32,000 nt of DNA from Thermithiobacillus plumbiphilus. GTDB taxonomy: Bacteria; Pseudomonadota; Gammaproteobacteria; Acidithiobacillales; Thermithiobacillaceae. The stretch covers positions 54,631-86,630 of the forward strand of contig NZ_JBBPCO010000001.1 of NCBI RefSeq assembly GCF_038070005.1. The letters run 5' to 3'. How positions within the stretch are numbered: position 1 is the first letter of the stretch; every line of letters starts with the position of its first letter. Both the position numbers and the translations under genes were made by a program. This document shows, piece by piece, positions 20,552 through 29,361 of the stretch. Under the pieces are notes generated by a model. It worked only from the letters and a program-made list of their open reading frames with translations. It was not told the DNA's origin and did not search any database.

Positions 20552-22815
20552 AGCCGCCGTTTCATTTTGGGCGCGCGCTGGGTGGCCTGGTCCTGCTGGC
20601 AGGGCTGAGCGCGCCGAGCGCGGCCATCAATGTCCTCTCGCTGGATCTCGAACGGCTCGATGGGCCGGGCTGGACTGCCCGTAATATTCACGGCCGGCTG
20701 TTGCCCGCCGGCAAGGCCCTGTCCCTGCAACTATCCATCCGTGAACTGAAGCTCCCGGCCCCGCTGGGCAGCCTTCGAGATGTAAAGCTCAACTGCCCGC
20801 AAGCCCAATATCGGCCGGATTATCAGTGTGCCGGCGGGAACTTCACGGCCCTGAGCGAGCGCCTGGGCCCGCTGGCGGGACAGTTCTCCGGCAATTATGC
20901 GAGTGCTGAGCAACGCGGCAGCGGCAGCATTACCCTGAAACTTGCGGGGGGCAATCAGCTTGATCTGAAGCTGGCTTTGAACGGACCTGATATTCAGGTG
21001 CAGGGCCAGGGATTGATCAGTGATCTGCGTCCCTGGCGCGATCAGTTGCCCGCCATGCTGGTGAATGTGCCAGCCACGCAGCCCCTGACGGTCAACTTCA
21101 AGGGTGGCTACCAACTCTCTGATAAGAAAGGCAATCTGGTTGCCACTGCAAGCTCCCGCGCGGGGGATCGGCTTCATCTGCGCGCACAGGGGCAGGCGAC
21201 CCAATGGCGCTGGGCGGGAGAGGCCATCCTGCCAAAGCTCGCGACCTGGCAACCACTGATTAAGGCCTGGCCCAAGGGCTGGACGGCTGATGGCGCCCTG
21301 CAATTTGCCTTCGCTGGCGAGCAAACGCGCGACGCCCTCCACATGAAAGTCGACGCGAGTCTGAAAAACGCCCGGTTCAGTGATCCCAGTGGTCTGAAGG
21401 CCGCCGAGAATCTGCAGTTTTCCGCCAGTTCGCAGATCAGTCGCGCAACAGGTGGGCCCTGGCGGCAAACCATGCTGCTGCAATGGGAAAAAGGCGAACT
21501 GCTGTTTGATCCCTGGTATGGCCAGGCTGGCGTAGAACCGGTGCAATTGCGCTATGCGGGTGCCTGGCGCCCGGGGGGAGCGCTGGTGCTGGAGCAGGGC
21601 GGGCTGGACTGGCCATCGATTGGCAGCCTGCAATTCCAGGCCAGGCTCAGGCCCCAGGCGCTGCGCCAGAGCGACATTCATGTGTCCGGGGAAAATATCA
21701 ATATAACAACGGCATACGAGCAGATTCTCCAGCCATTCCTCAAGAGTCAAACCCTGCTTGGCAATCTGGAAAGTCGCGGAAAATTGAGTTTTTCAACGGA
21801 GATCCAGCAGGGCCGCGCGCAGGCCTTGATGCTGCGGCTGGCGGGCCTGGATCTGCGCGATCAGGCGAATCGCTTCATGGCCGAGGATCTCAACGCGCAA
21901 TTGGACTGGCGCCGGGATGGTCAGCCCCGGCCCCTGCATCTGGGCTGGCGGCAACTCGGATTCTATCGTCTGCAGCTTGGACCGACGGCGCTGGACGCCA
22001 CCATGCGGGATGACCAGCTTGCGCTGGATCGCCCAGCCGTGATCCCGTTTCTGGATGGCCAGATCCGCATTGATACCTTGCGGGCCAATCACCTTCTGAG
22101 CGATCCGCAATGGCGGCTGAGCACAGTGCTGAGCCCGGTATCCATGACAGCACTGACCAAAAAACTCGGCTGGCCGGTGTTCGGTGGGCAGTTCTCCGCC
22201 GAGATCCCGGACCTGCGCTACCAGGCCGGCGAATTGCAGTTGGGCGGCGCCTTGTGGGTAGCGGCCTTTGACGGGCAGATCCGGGTCCGGGATCTGCATG
22301 TCAGTGAGCCCTTTGGCGCCTTGCCGGTGCTGACGGCCAAGCTGGACTTCCAGAGGCTCAACCTTGAGAAGTTCACCCAAGCCTTTGACTTTGGGCGGAT
22401 TACTGGTGCCCTGAGTGGGCAGGTGCAGGACCTTCGGCTGGAAAACTGGGAGCCGGCGTCGTTTCAGGCCGCCTTTCGCAATGTGCCAACACCGGGCATT
22501 CGTCAACGCATCAGTCAGCGTGCCGTTGAGAACCTCACCCGACTGGGTGGCGGTGGGGCGGCTGCGGCGCTGCAGCGCAGTTTTCTGCGCCTGTTCAAGG
22601 AGTTTGGCTATGCGGATCTTGGCCTGCAGGTGCGGCTACAGGGCGAGCGGGCCTTGCTCGATGGCGTGGCGCCAGCGCGCCAGGGCTTCTATATATTACG
22701 AGGCAAGGGCTTGCCACGGGTGGACATCATCGGCTACAACCGCGAGGTGGACTGGCAGGACTTCGTCACCCGCGTGCAGGAAGCCGTGCAGCGAGGCGGC
22801 GCGAAGGTACAATAA
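20503..22815 (+). CDS. large envelope protein; candidate AsmA-like / YdbH-family intermembrane lipid-transport protein
   Basis: 770-aa ORF with one N-terminal hydrophobic anchor or signal (ALGGLVLLAGLSAPSAA) and a long beta-rich body. The C-terminus reads ...GYADLGLQVRLQGERALLDGV...GFYILRGKGLPRVDIIGYNREVDWQDFV. The family call rests mainly on the immediately downstream DUF1318/YdbL-like gene (ydbH-ynbE-ydbL synteny). The start is uncertain; ATG 20503 overlaps cysM by 49 nt. Confidence 0.5.
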   Translation: MRPRRSLSLHRGLSRLKPPFHFGRALGGLVLLAGLSAPSAAINVLSLDLERLDGPGWTARNIHGRLLPAGKALSLQLSIRELKLPAPLGSLRDVKLNCPQAQYRPDYQCAGGNFTALSERLGPLAGQFSGNYASAEQRGSGSITLKLAGGNQLDLKLALNGPDIQVQGQGLISDLRPWRDQLPAMLVNVPATQPLTVNFKGGYQLSDKKGNLVATASSRAGDRLHLRAQGQATQWRWAGEAILPKLATWQPLIKAWPKGWTADGALQFAFAGEQTRDALHMKVDASLKNARFSDPSGLKAAENLQFSASSQISRATGGPWRQTMLLQWEKGELLFDPWYGQAGVEPVQLRYAGAWRPGGALVLEQGGLDWPSIGSLQFQARLRPQALRQSDIHVSGENINITTAYEQILQPFLKSQTLLGNLESRGKLSFSTEIQQGRAQALMLRLAGLDLRDQANRFMAEDLNAQLDWRRDGQPRPLHLGWRQLGFYRLQLGPTALDATMRDDQLALDRPAVIPFLDGQIRIDTLRANHLLSDPQWRLSTVLSPVSMTALTKKLGWPVFGGQFSAEIPDLRYQAGELQLGGALWVAAFDGQIRVRDLHVSEPFGALPVLTAKLDFQRLNLEKFTQAFDFGRITGALSGQVQDLRLENWEPASFQAAFRNVPTPGIRQRISQRAVENLTRLGGGGAAAALQRSFLRLFKEFGYADLGLQVRLQGERALLDGVAPARQGFYILRGKGLPRVDIIGYNREVDWQDFVTRVQEAVQRGGAKVQ

Positions 22816-22859
22816 TCCGGCTTCATGGGTCGGAATCGTTCGAATTCAAAGGAGTTGAC

Positions 22860-23507
22860 ATGCGTGTGCATCCGCTTTGGGCCATGCCGGTGCTGGCCCT
22901 GACCAGTACCGCCTGCGTGACGGTAAACATCTATTTCCCTGCTGCCGCCGCCGAGAAGGTGGCCGACAGGATCGTGCAGGAGGTCTACAAGGCGGGTGCG
23001 GTGAACAAAAACTCCCAGCCTGGCCAGCCAAAGCCCGCGGAGCCCGCGCCGGGACAAGTGCCGCCGCAAAGCGCGCTGCCGCATGTGGAGCTGCTGGCCC
23101 AAGCGCTGCTGACTTCTGCTTTCTCGGCCATCAGTGGTTCGGCCGAGGCGGTGGAAGCGAATCTGGATATTGAATCGCCGGCCATCCGCAAGTTGCGGCA
23201 GAGTCTCGAAGCGCGTGCCACCCAGTTGCAGCCCTTGCTGGCCAGCGGTGCGCTTGGCCTGAGCAATGACGGGCTGGTGGTCGTTCGCGACGCCACCAAG
23301 CTGCCGCTGGCGCAACGCGCCCAGGCCAATGCCCTGGTGCAGGCGGAGAACGCCGATCGGCGCCAGCTTTACCAGGCCATTGCCACGGCCAACGGCCACC
23401 CGGAGTGGGCGGGCGATATTCAGCGCACCTTTGCGGCGAGCTGGATCAAGAATGCCCAGAGCGGCTGGTGGGTGCAGTCGCCGGACGGTGCCTGGAAGCA
23501 GAAATAA
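22860..23507 (+). CDS. lipoprotein with a C-terminal DUF1318 (YdbL-like) domain and an extra N-terminal module
   Basis: Lipobox LTSTAC. A short module follows (VTVNIYFPAAAAEKVADRIVQEVYKAG), then a Pro/Gln-rich linker (NSQPGQPKPAEPAPGQVPPQ). The DUF1318 pattern is SGALGLSNDGLVVVRD...ALVQAENADRRQLYQAIATANG...GWWVQSPDGAWKQK. AAAGGAG SD lies upstream. Confidence 0.75.
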   Translation: MRVHPLWAMPVLALTSTACVTVNIYFPAAAAEKVADRIVQEVYKAGAVNKNSQPGQPKPAEPAPGQVPPQSALPHVELLAQALLTSAFSAISGSAEAVEANLDIESPAIRKLRQSLEARATQLQPLLASGALGLSNDGLVVVRDATKLPLAQRAQANALVQAENADRRQLYQAIATANGHPEWAGDIQRTFAASWIKNAQSGWWVQSPDGAWKQK

Positions 23508-23511
23508 GCGC

Positions 23512-24327
23512 ATGGATCTCGGTAAGGTCCTTGTTTTCGACATCGAAACGGTGCCCGATGTCGAGAGCTGTCGCGCCATCGAGAATCTCGGGGATCTGGG
23601 CGACGAGGAAGTCGCGGAGCTGATGATCCATCAGCGCCTGGCCCAGACCCAGGGCGGCTCGGATTTCATCCGCTCGTATCTGCACCGGATCGTGGCCATC
23701 AGCGTGGTATTTCGCGGGGATCATCTGGACGGCGGCATCAAGGTCCGCTCGCTTTGTGATGCGGGAGATCCGGAGGAACTGCTGGTCAGGGGCTTTTTCC
23801 AGCTCATCGACCGCCATGTGCCGGTGCTGGTGTCCTGGAACGGCTGCGGTTTTGACCTGCCGGTCCTGCATTACCGGGCGCTCCTGCATGGCGTGAGCTC
23901 GCGCTGTTACTGGGAGCAGGGCGAAAGCCGCCAGGATTTCCGGTACAATAATTATTTGAATCGCTATCACCTTCGCCATCTTGATCTGATGGACATCCTC
24001 TCGGGCTTTCAGAGCCGGGCGGTGGCGCCCTTGCAGGACATTGCGGTGATGCTGGGCCTGCCTGGCAAGCTCGGCATGCATGGGGGCGAGGTGTGGACGC
24101 AGTATCGGGCGGGCAACATCGAGGGCATCCGCCGTTACTGTGAGGTGGACGTGATCAACACCTATCTGGTCTATCTGCGCTGGGAGCTCAGCCGAGGTCG
24201 CCTGAGCCCGGCGCAATACGCTAATGAACAAGCCCGGTTGCGTGTCTGTCTGGAATCCCAGGCTGACAGTGCGCCGCATTTCCGCGAATTTCTTGACCTA
24301 TGGGCGGGTGAAGCGCCCGCTGCCTGA
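23512..24327 (+). CDS. stand-alone DEDDy 3'-5' exonuclease related to the PolB exonuclease domain (DNA_pol_B_exo2-like)
   Basis: Exo[10 protein letters not shown], Exo[16 protein letters not shown], Exo[16 protein letters not shown] 23512 lies 4 nt after the upstream stop. The longer track ORF (23266..) overlaps the upstream gene and is rejected. Confidence 0.8.
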   Translation: MDLGKVLVFDIETVPDVESCRAIENLGDLGDEEVAELMIHQRLAQTQGGSDFIRSYLHRIVAISVVFRGDHLDGGIKVRSLCDAGDPEELLVRGFFQLIDRHVPVLVSWNGCGFDLPVLHYRALLHGVSSRCYWEQGESRQDFRYNNYLNRYHLRHLDLMDILSGFQSRAVAPLQDIAVMLGLPGKLGMHGGEVWTQYRAGNIEGIRRYCEVDVINTYLVYLRWELSRGRLSPAQYANEQARLRVCLESQADSAPHFREFLDLWAGEAPAA

Positions 24328-24329
24328 GT

Positions 24330-25655
24330 ATGAAAAAACCCCCAAAGAAGCTACTGGATCTCTTTACCGCTGACATTACCAATCTCGATGCCGAGGGGCG
24401 CGGCATCGCCCGGGTCGAGGGTAAGGTCGTGTTCGTCGAGGGTGCCCTGCCCGGCGAGCAGGTGCGGGCCCGGCGTACCCGGGTTGGCCCGCAGTTCGAT
24501 CAGGCGGAACTCGATGCGGTGCTGGAGCCTTCCGCGCTGCGAACCACAGCACCCTGCGCACACTTTGGCTACTGCGGCGGCTGCAGCATGCAGCACCTGG
24601 AGCCGGGTGGGCAGGTGGCGGTCAAGCAACGCATCCTGGAAGACAGCCTGGCACGCATCGGCAAGGTCAAGGCCGAGCGGATTTTGCCGCCCATCGCCGG
24701 ACCGAGCCAGGGCTATCGCAGTCGCGCGCGCCTGTCGGTGCGTCGCCTGAAAAACAAGGGCGTGCTGGTGGGCTTCAATGAGAAAGGCACGAGCTTTGTT
24801 GCCGACATACAGCACTGCGTGGTGCTGGATCCGCGTGTGGACCGGCTTTTGTTGCCGCTAAGGGAACTGGTCAGTGGTCTGAGCGTGCGGGATCGCGTCC
24901 CGCAGGTCGAGGTCGCCACCAGTCCTGAGAGTGTCGTCTTGCTGTTTCGCCATCTCGAGCCTTTCAGCGCCGCCGATCTCGAACATTTACAGGCCTTCGC
25001 CGACCGGCATCAGGTGCAGGTCTGGTCCCAGTCCGGCGGCCCGAAGACAGTCACACCGCTGTTTCCCGCCCAGCCGCAAGCCCTGCGTTATCGTCTGCCG
25101 GAGTATGATCTGGCCTTTCGTTTTGGCCCGACGAACTTCATCCAGATCAATCAGGCCATGAACCAGATCATGGTGCGCCGGGCCATGAATCTGCTTGAGC
25201 CAAAGCCTGGCGAGCGGGTGCTGGATCTTTTCTGTGGTCTGGGTAATTTCAGCCTGCCGATCGCACGGCTTGGCGCGGAGGTGCTGGGCGTGGAGGGCGA
25301 TGCCGACCTGGTGCGTCTTGCCCAGGAGAATGCCGCGGAAAACGGCTTGAGCGAGCTGGCCCGATTCCTTGCGGCGGATCTGGCCAAGCTGAACCAGCAA
25401 GTGGTGCGCGACTGGGGACGCTTTGACAAGATCCTCATCGACCCGCCGCGCACCGGGGCCATCGAGATCATCAGGTTGCTGCCGGTGCTCAAGGCGCGGC
25501 GCATCGTTTATGTGTCCTGTAGCCCGGCCACCCTGGCGCGCGATGCCGGCGTGCTGGTGCATGAGCAGGGCTATCGCTTGCGCGCGGCCGGCATTTTCAA
25601 CATGTTTCCGCATACCGCGCACGTGGAATCCATCGCGCTTTTCGAACGCCCGTGA
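24330..25655 (+). CDS. rlmD: 23S rRNA (uracil1939-C5)-methyltransferase
   Basis: N-terminal TRAM domain ([30 protein letters not shown]). Fe-S cysteines [15 protein letters not shown] fold [13 protein letters not shown] and ILIDPPRTG, with catalytic ..[12 protein letters not shown]. Confidence 0.93.
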   Translation: MKKPPKKLLDLFTADITNLDAEGRGIARVEGKVVFVEGALPGEQVRARRTRVGPQFDQAELDAVLEPSALRTTAPCAHFGYCGGCSMQHLEPGGQVAVKQRILEDSLARIGKVKAERILPPIAGPSQGYRSRARLSVRRLKNKGVLVGFNEKGTSFVADIQHCVVLDPRVDRLLLPLRELVSGLSVRDRVPQVEVATSPESVVLLFRHLEPFSAADLEHLQAFADRHQVQVWSQSGGPKTVTPLFPAQPQALRYRLPEYDLAFRFGPTNFIQINQAMNQIMVRRAMNLLEPKPGERVLDLFCGLGNFSLPIARLGAEVLGVEGDADLVRLAQENAAENGLSELARFLAADLAKLNQQVVRDWGRFDKILIDPPRTGAIEIIRLLPVLKARRIVYVSCSPATLARDAGVLVHEQGYRLRAAGIFNMFPHTAHVESIALFERP

Positions 25656-27145
25656 GGCACTGGCTGCTGCCGCTGCTTGCGCTTGGTCTGCTGACCGGCG
25701 CCTGCGGCAAAGAGCAAGCAGCCACACCGGCCATCCGCATGGGGCTGGCGCAGGCTGTCATCACGCTGGACCCGCGCTATTCCACCGATGCCAATTCCGC
25801 GCGCATCAACCGGCTGCTTTATCAGCGACTGGTGGACATCGACGCACAATACCGCCCAAAAGGTGAACTGGCCCAAGGCTGGGTGCTGCTGAGCCCCACG
25901 CATTATCGCTTCCAGTTGCGCCCGGCGCGCTTCAGTGACGGTAGTATACTGACCGCGCGCGACGTGCTCGCCACCTATCAAAGCATTTTGGCAGCAAACA
26001 GCCGCTCACCGCTCAAGGGGCAGCTCGAAGTCGTTGAAAGCATCTCGGCGCCGGACGAGAGCCATGTCGATTTCACTTTAAAGCGCCCCGATCCGCTGTT
26101 TCCCATGCGTCTGAATGTCGGCATCCTGCCGGCGCAGGGGGTTGCCAGCGGGCGGGTGTTTTCGAAAAGCCCTCTGGGCAGCGGACCGTTTCGCCTTGTG
26201 GCCTGGCCCAGCCCAGAGCGGGTAATTCTGGAGCGCCGCCGCGACGGGCGGCAATTCGAGTTCCTGACCGTCAGCGACCCGACCGTGCGCGCGCTCAAGC
26301 TGCAGCGTGGCGAGATCGATCTTTTGCAGAATGATCTGCCGGTGGAATTGCTGCGCTACCTTGAGCAAAAGGGCATGCAGGTGGAGCATGGGCCCGGCAG
26401 CCGTTACAGCTATCTGGGATTCAATCTGCGCGATCCGCTACTGTCGCGGCTACCGGTGCGCGAGGCCATCAGTCTGGCCATTGACCGCGAGAGTCTGACG
26501 CACTATCTCTTTGCAGATTACGCCCGCCCCGCCTGGGGGCCCATGCCGCTGGGCCACTGGGCGGGCCCGCTATCAGGTCAAGTACCGGTATATGATCCGG
26601 CCCGCGCCCTGCTCGATGCGGCAGGGCTCAAGGACCCGGATGGCCCCGGGCCACGCCCGCGTTTCGCGTTGGTATACAAAACGAGCACCGATCCATTGCG
26701 TCTGCGCGTGGCCACTGTGCTGCAATCACAGCTTGCACAAATTGGCGTGCAGTTGCACATTCGCAGCCTCGACTGGGGCACTTTTTATGGGGATGTGAAG
26801 GCCGGCCGCTTTCAGCTTTACAGCCTGTTCTGGGTGGGCATCGAGTCGCCGGATTTCTATCGCGAGGCTTATCACAGCCAGTCCGTGCCGCCCAAGGGCG
26901 CGAACCGCGGGCAGCTTCGTGATCCTCAACTTGATGCAAACATCGAGCAGGCCCTGGCGCAGAATCCCCAGAGCACGGCGGCTTACCAGGCCGTGCAGGC
27001 CCGCCTGCAGGCGGTTCAGGCCTATGCGCCGCTGTGGTTCGAGGACAATGTGGCGGTGCTGCGGCCGGGTCTGCGCCATTACAGCATCAACATGCAGGGC
27101 GATTTTGACGGGCTGATTACCTTGGACGATGAGCATGCACATTGA
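25652..27145 (+). CDS. ABC transporter substrate-binding lipoprotein, peptide/nickel (family 5, Dpp/Opp/MppA-like)
   Basis: Lipobox LLTGAC and a 497-aa family-5 SBP pattern (...[12 protein letters not shown]...[14 protein letters not shown]...). GTG 25652 overlaps the rlmD stop (GTGA). Confidence 0.88.
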   Translation: MRHWLLPLLALGLLTGACGKEQAATPAIRMGLAQAVITLDPRYSTDANSARINRLLYQRLVDIDAQYRPKGELAQGWVLLSPTHYRFQLRPARFSDGSILTARDVLATYQSILAANSRSPLKGQLEVVESISAPDESHVDFTLKRPDPLFPMRLNVGILPAQGVASGRVFSKSPLGSGPFRLVAWPSPERVILERRRDGRQFEFLTVSDPTVRALKLQRGEIDLLQNDLPVELLRYLEQKGMQVEHGPGSRYSYLGFNLRDPLLSRLPVREAISLAIDRESLTHYLFADYARPAWGPMPLGHWAGPLSGQVPVYDPARALLDAAGLKDPDGPGPRPRFALVYKTSTDPLRLRVATVLQSQLAQIGVQLHIRSLDWGTFYGDVKAGRFQLYSLFWVGIESPDFYREAYHSQSVPPKGANRGQLRDPQLDANIEQALAQNPQSTAAYQAVQARLQAVQAYAPLWFEDNVAVLRPGLRHYSINMQGDFDGLITLDDEHAH

Positions 27146-27608
27146 AGTCTCCAGCCGTGAGCAGCGGCTTTCCCTGTGGGGTGAGGATCGGCGTCTGGCC
27201 GATTACCCGATTTCGACCGCGATAAGGGGCATGGGAGAAGCCAGGGGCAGCTATCAGACACCGCGTGGCGCGCACTATGTGCGGGCGCGGATCGGCAGCG
27301 GTCTTCCGCTCGGTGCCGTGCTGGTGGGTCGTCGCTGGACCGGCGAGATCTATACGCCGGCGCTTGGCCGGGCGCATCCGGGGCGCGACTGGATCCTGAC
27401 GCGCATCCTCTGGCTCTGTGGCCTGGAGCCCGGGCGCAATCGCGGCGGCAATGTCGACACCTTTCGCCGCTATATCTACATTCACGGCACGCCGGATCTC
27501 AACCTGCTCGGCCAACCCGCTTCGCATGGCTGCGTGCGCATGGACTCGCGGGACGTGCTGGATCTCTATGATCGCGTGGCGCCCGGCACGCTCGTGCAGA
27601 TCGACTAG
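27129..27608 (+). CDS. YkuD (L,D-transpeptidase catalytic fold) protein without signal peptide; candidate cytoplasmic L,D-carboxypeptidase (ElsL/LdtK-like)
   Basis: 159 aa with the YkuD catalytic motif YIYIHGTPD...GQPASHGCVRMDSRDVLDLY. The N-terminus [29 protein letters not shown] has no hydrophobic signal or lipobox. It overlaps the SBP gene by 17 nt. Confidence 0.85.
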   Translation: MSMHIEVSSREQRLSLWGEDRRLADYPISTAIRGMGEARGSYQTPRGAHYVRARIGSGLPLGAVLVGRRWTGEIYTPALGRAHPGRDWILTRILWLCGLEPGRNRGGNVDTFRRYIYIHGTPDLNLLGQPASHGCVRMDSRDVLDLYDRVAPGTLVQID

Positions 27609-27614
27609 GCTTTC

Positions 27615-28544
27615 ATGCTGAAATTTCTGCTCAGTCGGCTGGCGAGCGCCGGCATCGTCATCCTGGGCGTGGTGAGTCTGGTTTTCCTGCTGATCCACCT
27701 GATTCCCGGCGACCCGGTGGACGCCATGCTGGGCGAGAGCGCCGCCAGCACCGACCGCGCCGCATTGCGACAAGCGCTTGGTCTCGATCAGCCCCTGTAT
27801 GTCCAGTATTTCCAGTATCTCGATGGCTTGATGCAGCTTGATCTGGGCCGATCCCTGAGCCAGGATGCAAGTGTTACCAGTCTTTTGCTGCAACGCCTGC
27901 CGGCCACCATCGAGCTTGCGGCTGTGGCCCTGTTGCTCGCGCTGCTGATTGCGCTGCCCCTGGGCGTGCTCGCGGCCTTGCGCCAGGACAGCGCCTGGGA
28001 TCGGGGCAGCATGCTGCTGGCACTGGCCGGGGTGAGCATACCGAGCTTCTGGCTCGGGCCGCTCCTGATCCTGCTTTTTGCCGTCATGCTTGGCTGGCTG
28101 CCGGTCAGTGGCCGGGAGAATCCCACCTCCGTGATCCTGCCGGCCCTGACGCTTGGGCTTGGCATGGCGGCGATCCTGGCGCGCATGGTGCGGGCCAGCC
28201 TGCTGGAAGTGCTCGGGCAGGACTACATCCGCACGGCCCGCGCCAAGGGATTGCCGGGGGCGCAGGTCATCGGCCAGCACGCGTTGCGTAACGCCTTTCT
28301 GCCAGTGCTGACCGTGCTTGGCCTGCAACTTGGCACCCTGCTCGGCGGCGCGGTGATCACCGAGGTGGTATTCAGCTGGCCGGGGCTCGGCAGCCTCATC
28401 ATCGATGCCATCCAGAGCCGCGATTATCCCCTGGCGCAGGGTGGCGTGCTGCTCATCAGCATCAGCTACGTGCTGGTCAATACGGTCACAGATATCGCGG
28501 CCGGTCTGCTGGATCCGCGCGTGCGCCGGGCGTTGCGCACATGA
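27615..28544 (+). CDS. ABC transporter permease (DppB/OppB-like)
   Basis: 309 aa, six TM segments. N-terminus MLKFLLSRLASAGIVILGVVSLVFLLIHLIPGDP and EAA-type loop YIRTARAKGLPGAQVIGQHALRNA. Confidence 0.92.
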   Translation: MLKFLLSRLASAGIVILGVVSLVFLLIHLIPGDPVDAMLGESAASTDRAALRQALGLDQPLYVQYFQYLDGLMQLDLGRSLSQDASVTSLLLQRLPATIELAAVALLLALLIALPLGVLAALRQDSAWDRGSMLLALAGVSIPSFWLGPLLILLFAVMLGWLPVSGRENPTSVILPALTLGLGMAAILARMVRASLLEVLGQDYIRTARAKGLPGAQVIGQHALRNAFLPVLTVLGLQLGTLLGGAVITEVVFSWPGLGSLIIDAIQSRDYPLAQGGVLLISISYVLVNTVTDIAAGLLDPRVRRALRT

Positions 28545-29350
28545 GACGTGGCTGGCTTTCAGCGGGATGGCTCGGCTTGCTAGCCCTGGCGGCCCTGCTC
28601 GCACCCCTCTGGACCCAGGCCGCCATGCAGGTGCGACTGGAGCACATTCTGTCCACGCCGGCGCTGGGGCAGGGCGTGGCCGGCTGGCTGGGCCATGACG
28701 AACTGGGCCGGCCGTTGCTGCCGAGGCTCTTGCTCGGGGCGCGAACCTCGCTCCTGGTCGGCCTGGTTGCCGCCCTGAGTTCGGCCATCGTCGGCACCCT
28801 GATCGGCATGCTGGCCGGCTACTGGGGAGGGCGTCTCGATCACCTGCTGGTGCGCGTGATGGACGTATTCCTGGCCTTTCCGGGCATCCTGCTGGCCATC
28901 GCCCTGGCGGGCATTCTCGGGCCGGGCATCAATAACGTCATCATCGCCCTGACGGTGATGGGCTGGGTCGGCTTTGCGCGGCTGGCGCGGGCCCAGACCC
29001 TGGCCATGCGCCATCGCGAACATGTCGCCGCCGCCCTGACCCTTGGCGTGGGCCGCGTGCGCATCCTGCTGCACCATGTGCTGCCCCTGATTCTTGCTCC
29101 GCTGACGGTCGAGGCGAGTTTCGCCGTGGCCGGCGCGGTGCTGAGCGAGGCGGGGCTGTCCTTCCTTGGGCTCGGGGTGCAGCCGCCTGCGGCGTCCTGG
29201 GGGCAGATGATTCGCGAGGGCACCCGGTATATGCTGGTGGCCCCGCACCTGGTGCTTTTTCCCGGCCTTTTACTGATGAGCGTGGTGCTGGCCGCCAATA
29301 TTCTCGGAGACGTCCTGCGTGACCGGCTGGACGTGAACCGGATTCCTTAA
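28541..29350 (+). CDS. ABC transporter permease (DppC/OppC-like)
   Basis: 269 aa: LGHDELGRPLLPRLL..., EAA loop ...AALTLGVGRVRILLHHVLP. ATGA overlap with the preceding permease gene. Confidence 0.92.
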   Translation: MRRGWLSAGWLGLLALAALLAPLWTQAAMQVRLEHILSTPALGQGVAGWLGHDELGRPLLPRLLLGARTSLLVGLVAALSSAIVGTLIGMLAGYWGGRLDHLLVRVMDVFLAFPGILLAIALAGILGPGINNVIIALTVMGWVGFARLARAQTLAMRHREHVAAALTLGVGRVRILLHHVLPLILAPLTVEASFAVAGAVLSEAGLSFLGLGVQPPAASWGQMIREGTRYMLVAPHLVLFPGLLLMSVVLAANILGDVLRDRLDVNRIP

Positions 29351-29361
29351 ACGGAGTGTTT

